Part shown: positions 38,431 to 50,665 of the stretch, one piece after another
Layout: each line of letters begins with the position of its first letter
Numbering within the stretch: the first letter of the stretch is position 1
Assembly (NCBI GenBank): GCA_965113315.1
Contig: OZ220374.1
Direction: 5' to 3' (one strand)
Length of the DNA: 64,000 nucleotides
Source of the DNA: Podarcis vaucheri
Lineage: Eukaryota
Position numbers and translations under genes: made by a program
Notes under the pieces: model-generated
Seen by the model: only the letters and a program-made list of their open reading frames with translations
Told to the model about the DNA's origin: nothing
Databases searched by the model: none

Positions 38431-39627
38431 GTAAGCAATAAAATAAAATAAATAAATGCACTACTCTCTACCCGCCTAGCTCCCCCGCCCCAGCGCACGG
38501 CAGCCGGCCCCGTTGCCACAAAAACCAGGAGGGGTGGGATGCGATAAGGGGGTGAGAATCTCCCAGAATACTGGAAGCCCCCTTCGCTGGCCAAAATGGC
38601 CATTCATAGAGCGGCTTAGCTGAGCTGCCATTCATATCTGGACGCTGGGATGCTGTAAAGATAAATAAATAAATAAATAAATATTGATATATCCACCCCT
38701 TCGAGTTTATGAGCCATGCAAAAAGAAAAGAAAAGCTGAGTATGGGTAAAATCCTAAAGGCAAAGGGCTTGAAAAGAGACAAAATAGGAAGAAAAGGAAA
38801 AAGAGATAAATACAGCTCTGTATTTCCCCGCCTCAAGTGATGCTGAGGTGACTGCAGAGATAACATAGATGTTTGTAAAGCGTCCAAAGTAAGCAAGGGG
38901 CCAGCGCCAATAAATAAGCCCATTAACAGGCTAAGTTCTAGTTTACGATCCTGGATGCCTTAAAAAAAAAAAAAAAAAGGCAGCTGGGTTAAAATTCTCT
39001 TCTACGAAGCACTATCAAATTAGACTGCTGGAGACTGCGCTGCGAGAGGCTCTCCAGAGCGCCACAAGGCTTCTGTATTGTAATATATACGCAGGGTCAC
39101 TGGAATGAATGGGAGCTGTACAAGAATGCCAGAGTTCCTGGTCGGTGCTCAGTCATTCATTTCAACGCGCGGGGATGGCGAGTGGCTTTTGCAGAAGAAT
39201 TTTCTATTTCATGATGCCATTAAAGGGAATAATAAAATAATAATAATAATAAAGCCGGGAACTCCGCAGGGTAAGCTTACAGTTGTTGTTTCTCCCACAA
39301 TTCTGAAACAGGATGCAATGAAGCATGTTACGTGTGTGCACACATATATGCATATGCATATCGTTATCTAAATGCACACAGAGAGAGTTGGATTTCCCGC
39401 CCCAATCCCACCTCCAGCTACATGTACTTCCAAAAAATAAAGAGAAATGCATATGTGCTTTAAAAAAAACAACGTGCATCATCAGTGTGTGCTTGTAGGA
39501 AGCATCTCAGCGCTAAACTGCCCAACGGCTTAGATTTAATTTGAATTTGGAAACGCACAGCCCGTTCTTATGCTTGCTTGTTTGCTGCACCACTGAATTG
39601 AACGAGCTTGATTCGCAGTAACGCAAC

Positions 39628-39700
39628 ATTCCTATACCTGCTTACCGGGGAGTAAGCCGCACTGAACACAGTGGGACTTACTTCTGAGCGAACATGCTCT
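39628..39700. mobile_element. Degenerate copy of the same repeat family in the HoxA10 intron
   Basis: GGAGTAAGCCGCACTGAACACAGTGGGACTTACTTCTGAG; shares CACTGAACACAGTGGGACTT with the copy near 36607. Confidence 0.55.
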
Positions 39701-40258
39701 GCAAGGGTGTGCGGAGTAGTTTAGATGGGATTGCAGCCCTCATTCGCCAGAAATATTAGGCATAACAATTCGAAAACGACCCCACCCCCAATAAAAAAGC
39801 AGCCACCCAGGGCTCCTTCTTTTTTTAATCGAGCGCTTCGGCAGCGTCGACCACATTTTCAAATAATCTGGATTTAGGGGAGGGAGCAGGGGGCGGTCTC
39901 GCAACGAGTGTTTTGAGAACAAACGGCCAGGACTGAAGCAGAGGCAAAACCCTGCAAGACGCCACTGCCAAAGGCATTTGTGCGCATCGGTGTCAACTCC
40001 AAAAGCGATCCAATCTCTCAGACCAGCGAGATGCGGCAAAGTCAGGGAGTGTGTTGCAATGCTCGCTCTCCTTTGGGGCTCCCAATTTAAGAGGGACCCG
40101 AACCCTGAAGGAAGGCCAGAGTGCCCTTCTCAAATTTATATTCGGTACTAAGTACGGAAGCGTTCCCCAGCCCAGCCCCGCTACGCCGCCCAAGTTTTCC
40201 TGGTGTCGTTCTGGTAACCTTCCCTTTTTTTTCCTTATCCCCCCCCCCTTAAAACTAG

Positions 40259-40533
40259 GCAATTCCAAAGGAGAGAACGCAGCCAGTTGGCTCACCGCAA
40301 AAAGTGGCAGGAAGAAGCGGTGCCCTTACACCAAGCACCAAACTCTCGAGCTGGAAAAGGAGTTTCTGTTCAACATGTACCTGACTCGTGAGCGTCGCCT
40401 AGAGATCAGCCGCACAGTCCACCTAACAGACAGACAAGTCAAAATCTGGTTTCAGAACCGCAGGATGAAACTGAAGAAAATGAACAGGGAGAATCGAATC
40501 CGGGAGCTCACAGCCAACTTCAATTTCTCCTGA
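40259..40533 (+). CDS. HOXA10: Hox-A10, exon 2 (homeodomain); spliced product 415 aa
   Basis: Pyrimidine tract then ctag|GC; [24 protein letters not shown]...[15 protein letters not shown]. Confidence 0.98.
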
Positions 40534-41795
40534 TGAACCCTAGGCACGCATCTTGTCGGTCTGAACAGCTAGGACGGTTCCACCCCCCCCCACGAGTCTC
40601 CTCCCCACCCCCTAAGCCTCTAGCTACTCGCACCTGTGTGCGTCCGAGCCTTTCAATTACATCCTCAGCCTCTCCATGGCCTCTTGGTAATTGATTTCGT
40701 TGGGATGAAGCCATAACTGATGCACACTACCCCATCCATGTCCGCTGCTGCCCTCAGTCAATGCCCGGTCTGGAAAGTCTGACGCTGAGGGGGGGGAATG
40801 GTTTTCAGAACCCTAGATGCCTATTGTCCCCCCCCCCTCTCAACACCCTTCTCCCAAACTCCATTTTCAGAAAATTGAGCCAAATAAGACTGAAGGCAAC
40901 TTCCCACCCCACTGTAATGGTAGCTGGTGTTTTGGATCTGAGCCGAGGATGGTTTTGAATAATTAAAATCTGGCCACGCCGCTGCTTAATAGGAAGCATG
41001 CGTCTAGCCGATCCAGATAAAATCAGGTTATAGAATATGGTGTCAGGAGCCAAGGCTGGCGCACTTATATGTTTGTGCCCAATCCCCCGCGTACCCAAAA
41101 ATCCATATTTAATATTGCAACTTTTTAAATTGCCACGAAAATGAGACCTCTTCCCCCTCCTCCTCCCCCCCCCCAAAGGAGAGAGGAAAGTCTTTGTCTG
41201 CTTTATTGGCTAAAATCTTACACTTTCTGGTTGTAGGTAATGACTTGAGGTAGTTTTTGCTTTGGATACCTTTGGGTTACCGCTAGTTACGCTTGGCAAG
41301 CACATGAAAGGAAGGAAGGAAGAAATCTCCCCGCTTTGGAGAGGAGAAACGACTTTGTCCACGGAGAGGTGTGTTATTCTATGTATATTGGACCACCAGA
41401 TGAATTTTTCCCCTGACTTGACTGTGGGGGACAGCAAAGGAGGTGAAAGTTTCCCCCCTGGTTTCCTTGATACTGTGAAGTTACATGCGTTGAAAAGGTC
41501 AAGCGTGTAGTGCAAAGAGAAGTTTTTTTTTAAAAAAAGAAAAAATATCTATGAATACAGAATATGTATAAATGTCTATTAATATTAATATTATTAATAT
41601 TATTAAAATGCCGATACTGTTGCAAGCAAAGCATTCTATAGCGTTATTCTCGATGTTAGCTCTATCTCTCGTCCATCCCCTCCTTACCTTAAAACCAATG
41701 AATTGTAATGCTGCCCTGCGTGGAAGTAAAGCAAAACAAAAAAACAAAAACACAGGACAAAATGGAGGTGCTGTTTATGTTTCTCTTGGAAGAAG

Positions 41796-41801
41796 AATAA
41801 A
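41796..41801 (+). terminator. Likely HoxA10 polyadenylation signal
   Basis: AATAAA followed by GT-rich sequence downstream. Confidence 0.5.
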
Positions 41802-43121
41802 AGGCATGGAATGAACCACCCTCTTAAAAAAAAAAAAAAAAAAAACCTCGTTTGTGACTGTTTATTCTCATGGTCCTACTTTCAGATCTCCAAGAACTTT
41901 TACAACAGGAATAGTTTGCCCGAACCCCCTGCAATTACTTTAGGAATCTATTTAAATATTACCTAGACGGTCGTAATTTGTCTGGGCCATATAGCAATGG
42001 TGCTGTAAGGTTTGTCGGCTTTTGTTCAGTTTTATGACTTGCTAGTATATCTGGATTGTTGCTGTCTTGGACGAGTGGTTTTAGTTGACTGAGGGACTGC
42101 ACAGGCAGAGGAAGCCAAGGGCTGCTTATTTGCGAAGTTAGAGGACTTGGGCTTCTCTTTATTTATTTATTTTATTAAAATAACTCGGTGGTTAACTCAC
42201 GAGGAAGGATCCACTATTATTATTTTTTATTTTTATTTTAAACCAAACAAAACTACCCCACTAGACGCTCGGAGCTCTTTTCAACTCCAGAGGAAAACCT
42301 AGATGCCCCCACATACACAAAAAGGCGATTCTGAAAAGGTGAGCACGTGGGAACGAGGATCTTGAGCCTTGTTCTCCTTGATCGATCAGCTTTTCCGCCA
42401 TGTTTATTCCTCCCTTCGCTACCTGCCTGCTTGCGGATGCGCTTAAGCGGAGAATGTTTTGGCATTAAGGTTCTGTATCATTGCACGTTGATCAGCTCCA
42501 GAATCCAGACAAAGGCGAATCGGGTGGGGAGGGAAGAGAGAGGGGGAGATTGGAAGGGGGGGGGAGTGGAGGCGGTGGTGATGGGAGCCTGAAAGGGCTG
42601 TGTAGCCATTTCTTTTTCCAGACTTTGAACCCGCGCATCTTGATCGTCTTCGATAGCCTATGTATACAAGGATTCTTGCCTCTCGAGGCCTCCCTGGCCC
42701 CGCTGCCCCCTTCTCTAAGTTGCATTTTAAAAAGGCATTCATACCTAATTCGATCCGTGGCTAAGTTAGAGAACTATGATGGAACGTGGAGAGTAAGATT
42801 AAACGGAGTGACTACAGAGGGGGAACAATGATTTGGCGGGTCCAGAAGAAGAGAAAGAACTTCATTTTTTAAAAAAACACACAAGAATGTGGAAAGTTTG
42901 TAGACGGAGATGGAGACTTTGGTGGAGAGGGCGGAGGGGAGCGGTGGGAAGGGTGAGGTCTTGTTGCTGTTCGGTTTTTTTGGGGGGAGGGGGCTTTCCC
43001 CACCCCACCCGCTCGGAATCTGTTTCTTTGGGGCATTGGTGTCTCTCCATATTTATTCGAAGCGGGATCCTGTTTCCTAAGGAAAGCGGCAGTGGGGAGC
43101 CCTCTTAATTAGGAGCCTGAG

Positions 43122-43210
43122 AACTGGTCGGTGGTTTAGGTAGTTTCATGTTGTTGGGGCTGGATCTCAATCTCTCTCTACAGCACGAAACTGCCTTAAT
43201 TACTTCAGTT
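43122..43210 (+). ncRNA. MIR196: miR-196 precursor hairpin (HoxA-linked, orthologous in position to mammalian miR-196b); mature 5p at 43137-43158
   Basis: TAGGTAGTTTCATGTTGTTGGG on the 5' arm, complementary 3' arm CTACAGCACGAAACTGCCT, closing stem AACTG...CAGTT; located between HoxA10 and HoxA9. Confidence 0.97.
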
Positions 43211-43805
43211 TGAAATCATCAACCGGGTCTAATAAGAATAAGAATAAGCGCCGGAGTCCTTCCGTAGCAATAGCGATACAATACTAATAATACCGCCTTT
43301 TACCGAAGAAATATGGCAAGCTACCTTTCCTCGGCAGGCGTTAAGTCCCAATGCCATTGGTTTGCCTTCTGCGCGCCGAAAAACCCCGCGCCTTTCCAGC
43401 CGCCTCAATTAATCCATTTCAGCCAAGTTGGAAGAGGGGGGAAATGTTTCAAGGCGCTATTGAAGGAGACCTTCAAGCTTAGCTAGGATCGGTTGTCTTC
43501 GGGTTTTCTCATGCAGGTTTCCTTCAAGGTCAGGTGCACTCTGCCAGTTTAGGAATGTCCAGATTTTATTGTCTAATCCGTATCAATGGATACTTTGATT
43601 ATTGTTGCTGGTGATATTATTCGCATTATTCGCAAAAATGTCTGTTGCCCTGGTGTTTTCCTCCCTATGTATTGGGTGTGTTTCAGTTACTCCGCTGTAA
43701 AGAGAGAGAATCTGGTAGCAATTTCCATCCCTGCTTACTGGTTCTATCTCATTATATTTTATTGAGCTATATTGTGTTATGAGGTCTCGCCGCCGGCCCG
43801 TTTGC

Positions 43806-43809
<4 letters not shown>

Positions 43810-43842
<33 letters not shown>
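43810..43842. repeat. (CA)n microsatellite
   Basis: Pure dinucleotide run. Confidence 0.95.
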
Positions 43843-43843
<1 letters not shown>

Positions 43844-44864
43844 CCCTTGCTCTCCCTTTACTTACAGTAGTGGCCTTCAGAATCACTCTGTTTTCTCTCC
43901 GCTGTTTCTCCCCCCACCCCGAAGCTAGAACAGTCCTTCCAATGTCTGCAGGGAATGCAGACCCTAAGGGCATAAGGGGCGGAAAGAGGGAGCCCGGGGA
44001 GGCAGGAAAACTCGGGAGGGGGGACCCCAAGGATTTCTCCGTAGCTCACAAGGCCTCGGTTACGATCATTATTGGAGTGTGTCCGGGCGCCTGCATTCCA
44101 ATGAGGGGGAATAAGCAACAGCGACCTCGCTTGGGCTCGAGGCTGCGCTGTGCTGTCGCTTTGCCTTTCATGCGCAGCAGCCCAGCGAGAGGCGAAGGAG
44201 CGGCAGCGCCTTGTTTACACCGGATACACACATTGTTTACAGCTATTGTAAATGAACAAGACCTCTCCCTTCCATGTCCTGCGGTGGGTACGGGTGCGTG
44301 GGTATTGGGAAACGCACGGGAATATCCTTTATATTCTTTTTTCCCCCTCCCCCACCCTTCAAGTTTCCGAACGTTTCAGAGAACAATTAAAAAGGCTGGA
44401 GAAATCAGATTTGTTTAATTCTGCCTCCCACAAACACACACCGTCCCGTCAATTTTGGGGGGAGCCTTTGCCACGGTTGAATAATTTAAATGGCAAGTTC
44501 ACACGATAAGTGCTTCGGGGGCATTGCTGCTTATAATATGGACATTGTGTGGTTATGTATGTGTCTGTGTTTGCACGAATGCACGTGCCTACGGCTTGGA
44601 TCTAGAGGACGTACATGTTCCCACCACATGAACACAGAAAGAAGGCATTGCTGTATGCAAGCAGCTACCATGGCCAGCCTTCTGTATGAAGTCTGTGCTT
44701 CTTCTGAATCATTCTATGATTGTGTGGTCACTTATCTCAAGCAAAGCTTATTTAAAAGCTAAAAACACAACAAAACAGACAAACCCAAGAACCCGGAATG
44801 CTCCATATCAGTGCGCAATACATTACCTCCTACAGAATATTATCCAAATCCTATTAGGACTACT

Positions 44865-44866
44865 TT

Positions 44867-44909
<43 letters not shown>
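44865..44909. repeat. (TTTC)n microsatellite
   Basis: Tetranucleotide run. Confidence 0.95.
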
Positions 44910-45809
44910 AAAAAGAGAAATCTCTATATGTCTCTGTGTGTACACACATATATATGTTTGCATGAATGAGAGGGAGAAGGGGGTGGACTATATGTGGGGG
45001 GAGGAGAGAGAGAAACATTATTCAATTATATTGCTTAGATATGTTTAGGAACATACTGATTACTTCAGACTCTGTGTAAAATAAGTAAATAAAGTGCGAG
45101 CACACAGTTATAACCCTTAAACGGCGTTTTTATTTTTCCTTTGATCTGTCTGGTAGGCAGATTCAAGGGTTAAAACCTAATAATGTGTGTGTGTGTGTGT
45201 GTGTGTGTAACCAGATATAGTTATTAAAACTCTGAAGCTGCGACCATATATGCACACTAACTTGAAATAAATACTGTTGAGATCAGTATAACATTTTTTA
45301 ACCTGGGCGAAAATTTCCCGAAATGGGCGAGACAGTGTATATGGGTTGTTTATATGTCACGGCTACCGTTCTGCACACACTTACTCGGGAGTAAGTCCCA
45401 AATTTATGTGTTCAGGGTAATGTCCAAAGACTGGTAGCCGCCTTATTCCAACCCGAAGCCTATTTCATTGGAGCTAATTAACAGTTCAAAGAAAGCAGGA
45501 ATTCGGCTAATGAGGAGGCTTTCTCCATTTTCATATTATTTGTCACTAAATGGAAGTCAGCTATAGGTGCTACAAAGCCGAGCTATTAAAAAAAAAGATT
45601 CCTGTTTATACTGAAAATACAATATGTGCACCAAATGAAGAAAATGGCGAAGTACTTTGTATTTATCCTTTTCTATCATTTCGAAGGTGGATGTAACAAA
45701 TCATCTTTAAATTCTTTAATTTTAATGGTTCAGCAGCCAGCTTTTTTAAGGGAACTCTGAAATGTTTAGTCCTTTATTGTAACGCGAGCCTTACATTTCA
45801 AATTTCTAC

Positions 45810-45962
45810 ATGTCTACTCAAAAGTAAGTCCCACTGAGTTCAATGGCGCTTCTAGGTAACTGGGTAAAGAGACTGCAGTTTTAGACTGCAATTTTACCCA
45901 GAAGTAAGTCCCACTGAGCTTTAATGGGACTTACTCTGTAGTAAGTGCCGGGGATTGCAGCT
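45810..45962. mobile_element. Two adjacent copies of a short palindromic MITE-like repeat
   Basis: AAGTAAGTCCCACTGAG occurs twice; second copy has an 11-bp perfect inverted repeat AGTAAGTCCCA (45903-45913) / TGGGACTTACT (45925-45935). Confidence 0.6.
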
Positions 45963-47093
45963 GGATCATTCCCGTTGTTTCCCACTCTCAAAGGCTTAAT
46001 CCGGAATGAAAAGTCACTACCGCCTCCGAAACCCCAAAAAGTCATAAAAACATTTAGGAATCCTGCTGTTAAGATTATTTTTCTCCTTCGAGGAGGAAGG
46101 AAGTTCTGCCAGCATATTTCACAACAGCTGACTCTCGATTTTAAACAAAAATGACGTAAGACTTCCGTCTTTCCAGGAGAGAAACCGACTAATAATAATA
46201 TTTTCCTCTTCTCTCCTGTTGAGGATATCGCACTAAGGCGATCACATACTTTAGCTGTAATTACATAGGAAGACATTTGTCTACATTTTTTTAAAAAAAG
46301 AAATGGCTTTGTTGAGGCATGGGAAGAGATTTCCAGCAACGCCCCTGCGAAATTGTTTCTGCTGAGGATCTGTGAAATATTAATTGTTTCTTGTAATCTC
46401 GGGACCTTATGTCAAAAAAAGAGAACTGACTGCTAATTTAAGTTTTTCTCAAGACTCAGCTATTGGAGAAGTATGAAAGGGGAAAAGAACGCTGACGTGA
46501 TGTAAAGCTAATGAGAACCATACTTTTTGCGCTCACAATATTCACAGACGAATTTCATTAGCACGCGGTTTCCTTGCTATTTGCCCCGTCTCTAGCCTGA
46601 CGAAGAGTTAAAAAAAATAAAATAATAAAATAAAATACAGAGATCCTTATTCTCTTCCCCCTCCTCCCAGTAGCAGAACACAGCATTTCTTTCCAAAGAA
46701 AGAAAGAAAAAAAGAAAGAAAGAAAGAGAAATAAATAGGGGGGGGGGGGAGAGAGACGTTTAGAAATCCTCCGGAGAAAGACAATGAATGCAAATGTCAC
46801 CGACAATCCACCATTTAGTCATAACTTTAATCCACAACACTGGACTTGATCTGAGACCGTATCACCTTCTCCTTGTTTTTCCTAGACGGCGGTAACCCTC
46901 CGCCGCTTACAGAAGCCATATAAGAACGTGCCAGAGAGTAAATAACTATTTGCCCCTCAAATCCGACGGCTCGGGAATGCGATCTTCCAGCGGGGATACT
47001 GCATAAAAATGCAAGGGCGAAAGAGGGTGCCCCTTTAAAGGCAGGCGACAGACAGGATTTTTGCTCCTATTTTGCTTTCATGCATGCTTAGGA

Positions 47094-47240
47094 NNNNNNN
47101 NNNNNNNNNNNNNNNNNNNNNNNNNNNNNNNNNNNNNNNNNNNNNNNNNNNNNNNNNNNNNNNNNNNNNNNNNNNNNNNNNNNNNNNNNNNNNNNNNNNN
47201 NNNNNNNNNNNNNNNNNNNNNNNNNNNNNNNNNNNNNNNN
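47094..47240. other. Assembly gap
   Basis: Run of N. Confidence 1.
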
Positions 47241-48209
47241 CTGTGCTTTATCCGGTTCTTGACAGAATGTGTAGTTACACTTCAGAGAGAGAGAGAGAGA
47301 CAGAAGGGATAAAATGCCCAGTGGCCGTGGATCCCGCCGCAGTCAACTTGATCGAGGGGGATGTGTCCGCTCAGTTTTTCTCCCGCATAAAAGTTCTCTT
47401 CTGCATTCCTCCTCTTGACTTGGTCTCTTCCTTTTACCAAAATAAAATAAAATAAAATATAAAGGTTATCTAGTTGTCAAACCTGCATCCAAGAACAGGG
47501 CATCAAACAACTTCTTGATAAAATGTCACAATATTATTTAAAAGAAAAACAGCAAGAAGGGTAATTGTCTCCCACACCTGCACGTTAAGCTAGTACTTGT
47601 GGCAGAATTTAAATGTGTCTGCGGTTCCTTGCCTTATTCTGCTGCTGGAATTATTTCGGGGGCTGTGCTGGGGGTGAGGGGAGGGAGAGAGAAGAGAAAG
47701 AGATTACTGAGGAGCCAGAAGGTGGGTGTTTTGGATTCCTAGTTGTGGGATCGGAGGTGCAGATAAAGATGCAAATTTCGATATCGATTTGAGATCTCTC
47801 GCCCCCAACCCCAGTTATCCTCCTGCTCTGTTCGGCGGTGGGCAGATTCCCTTTTGGAAAGGGGAATCGTGTTGGATTTGACTTTTCCCTGCCAGCCCCA
47901 GTTAGCTCTGAACTCAACGGCACAGTATTATTTACAGTGAGTTCCCAAACTAAACACAATAGTATAATTTAACCTTTCCAGGCACTCGTAAATTTTTACT
48001 GCTGTGAAACACAGCGATGCAAATGAATATGCTCGTAGTTACTGACTTAATAACAACCCCGTGGCTCCCGAAACAATAACTCCTTATGAAATATAATAAA
48101 TATATATTTAAATACAGTATGCCGCCAATGTTATTTTGCTTTTTTATTGCTTCAATTATTGTATAATTTTATGTGAAGGTCTCCGATCACAAGGAGGGTA
48201 GCCTGTCTT

Positions 48210-48251
48210 TGTGTGTGTGTGAGCGTGAGTGAGTGAGTATGTGTGTGTGTA

Positions 48252-48290
<39 letters not shown>
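48210..48290. repeat. Compound (TG)n/(GA)n microsatellite upstream of HoxA9
   Basis: Interrupted TG run followed by GA run. Confidence 0.9.
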
Positions 48291-48454
48291 CTTGGTGTTT
48301 TTTTTTTTTTTTTGCAAGGAACACGGACCATTGATGGGATGATTAATTATGATATAAAATAGTCCGCTTTAGAAAGGTGGCCATACCCAAAATTCTGATC
48401 TTTTAATCTCGATCAGCCACAATTAAAACAAATATTGCCGTACAAGTCGTCTAT

Positions 48455-48728
48455 CCCTTTGCATAAAAACATATGGCTTTGCTATAAAAATGATGACGGG
48501 AAAACACTGACCCATTAATAGCCTGCGGACTGATTTATACTTTATTGTTCTGCTGCCCGGCCATGTGACGCGAGGCAGCCAATGGGCTGACAGGCAGCCT
48601 TCAACTTATTAGGTGACTGTACTTCTTCGTGAGGACCAAGTTGTTACATGAAATCTGCAGTTTCATAATTTCGCCAGGTCTTGCCTCTCCTTTTTTTGCA
48701 CTGGGGCTGGGGCTGGGGCTTGGCTTGG
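48455..48728 (+). promoter_or_regulatory. HoxA9 proximal promoter and leader
   Basis: CATAAAA/TATAAAA Cdx-Hox-type sites, E-box variant CATGTG 48562-48567, CCAAT 48579-48583; resembles the conserved HOXA9 upstream block. Confidence 0.75.
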
Positions 48729-49281
48729 ATGGCTATGTCTTCTTCGGGGACGCTCAGCAACTACTACGTGGACTCTTTCCTCATCCACGACAGCGAGGAG
48801 CTGGTGCAGTCCCGCTATGGCTCGGCTTCTCTAGGTCAGCCGGCCAGGCAGGCGACCCTTGGAGACCACCCCGAGTTCACCCCGTGCAGCTTTCAGTCGA
48901 AAACCTCCGTCTTCAGCACTTCCTGGAACGCCGTGCACCCGCCGAGCGCTAACAATGTGCCCACCGTGTACCACCCGTACGTGCATCACCAGGCACCAAT
49001 GGCAGCGCCCGACGGCAGGTACATGCGCTCGTGGCTGGAGCCCATGCCGGGCTCCTTGTCTTTCCCGGGCTTGCCGGCCAGCAGGCATTACGGCATTAAA
49101 CCTGAACCGCTCACGGCCAGGAGGGGTGACTGTACCACCTTTGACACGCACGCGCTCTCTCTGACTGACTATGCTTGTGGTTCTCCTCCAGCTGATAGGG
49201 ATAAGCAAGGCAACGACGGCGCGTTCTCGGAAAACAATGGCGAGAGCGAGGCGAACGGAGACAAGCCCCAGATCGACCCAA
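48729..49281 (+). CDS. HOXA9: Homeobox protein Hox-A9, exon 1 (start at 48729 or 48735)
   Basis: M(AM)SSSGTLSNYYVDSFL...DGRYMRSWLEP...YGIKPEPL...DKPQIDP; donor A|GTAAGT at 49281/49282. Confidence 0.97.
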
Positions 49282-50665
49282 GTAAGTGCCATCCGCCTGG
49301 GCTTGGGCGGGAGGAGGGTGGGCGGGTGGGTAGGGGGCTGGGTGTCGAGAGCCACCGTCTACCGCGAGCTATGCGGCAATGGCTGCTGGGTGGGTGACTG
49401 GGTGGGGGCTTCTGTGGTCATAGAAGAACGTCCAGCGGCACCACTGAGCTTCTCTCTATCTCTCTGTGTGTAGAATTGTGTGCGTAAAACGGGAAGATGG
49501 TTGCGCATGCATATACGCGTGTATGTACATATTTGGTGCCACAGTCTTTGTAGGTTCACGGTCTATGCAGCCAGCTAGGTCTGTGTGTGTTTCTCAGCGT
49601 CAAGGTGCCAGCAAAGTCCAGCATGACCTCCCTGTCGCAACAGTGTGCAGGGGCGCGTCACCAGCGTGTTTTCCTGGGCGCACGCTTCAGCTACAAAGCC
49701 ACATTGGGGGGGATGGGAGGAGAGAGCCGGGCGGTGTAAGGGGGGGCGGCGTGAGAGGGTGGTGGTCGCGCACAACCCAAGTTACTTGGGAGAGGCGAGG
49801 AAAAACAAAACATTGGATGTGAATCTGATCCCTTTGTGACGACTGAGCTAGGAAAGCCAAGAACGACAACTGTGCATGTGTGTGTGTGTTTTATCTAACT
49901 TCATTTTAGCACTCTCTTTGGCGACTGTTTATTCCAATCCTTTGCTTGTTGCTAACACCTTCACTTGCCTTTAGAACTGAGCTAGCGGATCAATAGTGCA
50001 GGCACGGCAAATAATGCCAAATGCAAATGTGTGAGTGGGTGTTTTCCTACCTAAGCAAGCCAGGCTTCGCCCGAAGAGAGGGCCGGGTGGGTGTGTTCCC
50101 TTATCTCCTTGAAAGCGCCCAGTGGTTATATAATAGAAGGTCAGAACTGGAAAGTGAAACATTTTCCGTATGACACTTATTCTCAGGGGTTGTGCACCGG
50201 TCCTATATATTTTTTTTCGGAGGGGGAGAGGAGAGAGAGAAATCAGGGGGCTTGGCTGAGAGGAGGGTAAGCAGCAAAAGCAGGCTTTGAAATTACACCC
50301 TATATAAACACTATGAAGAAGTGAGGCGGTGGCCAGTGGGGTTCCCCCCTCCCTTTTTCTTTTTCTTTTTTTACTACGCGTAATTCTACGTGACCTTTTC
50401 CATGTGTCTCAGTTTGGAGTCCATTGTGTCTGACCCCATCCTGTATGTCTGTCCAAAGGAAAGGAATGTCGTAAACCACCAATATCAGGGCATCCATGCT
50501 CTTCAAAAGGAAGGTGGTGGCTTGGGGGGTGGGGGGTGGGAGGAGGTGCTGTTTGTGTGCCTATGGGGTGGAGATGCAGTCATAATAGCAGTACGGGGGG
50601 GGGGTGTTGGTGCGGGGTTCTGTCCTTCGCCAACTTAACCCTCTTTGGCGTCCTTTTCCTTGCAG

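Noticed and set aside
41825-41846. Poly-A run just after the HoxA10 AATAAA, suggesting a retrocopy
   Set aside because: The gene retains its intron and cluster position; this is a genomic A-tract
43870-44418. 182-aa ORF downstream of miR-196
   Set aside because: GTG start, no domain or splice support; compatible with chance in GC-rich DNA
48681-48728. N-terminal extension of HoxA9 in the ORF track (MPLLFLHWGWGWGLAW)
   Set aside because: Begins at TTG and runs through a CTGGGG repeat in the leader; homology starts at the ATGs at 48729/48735
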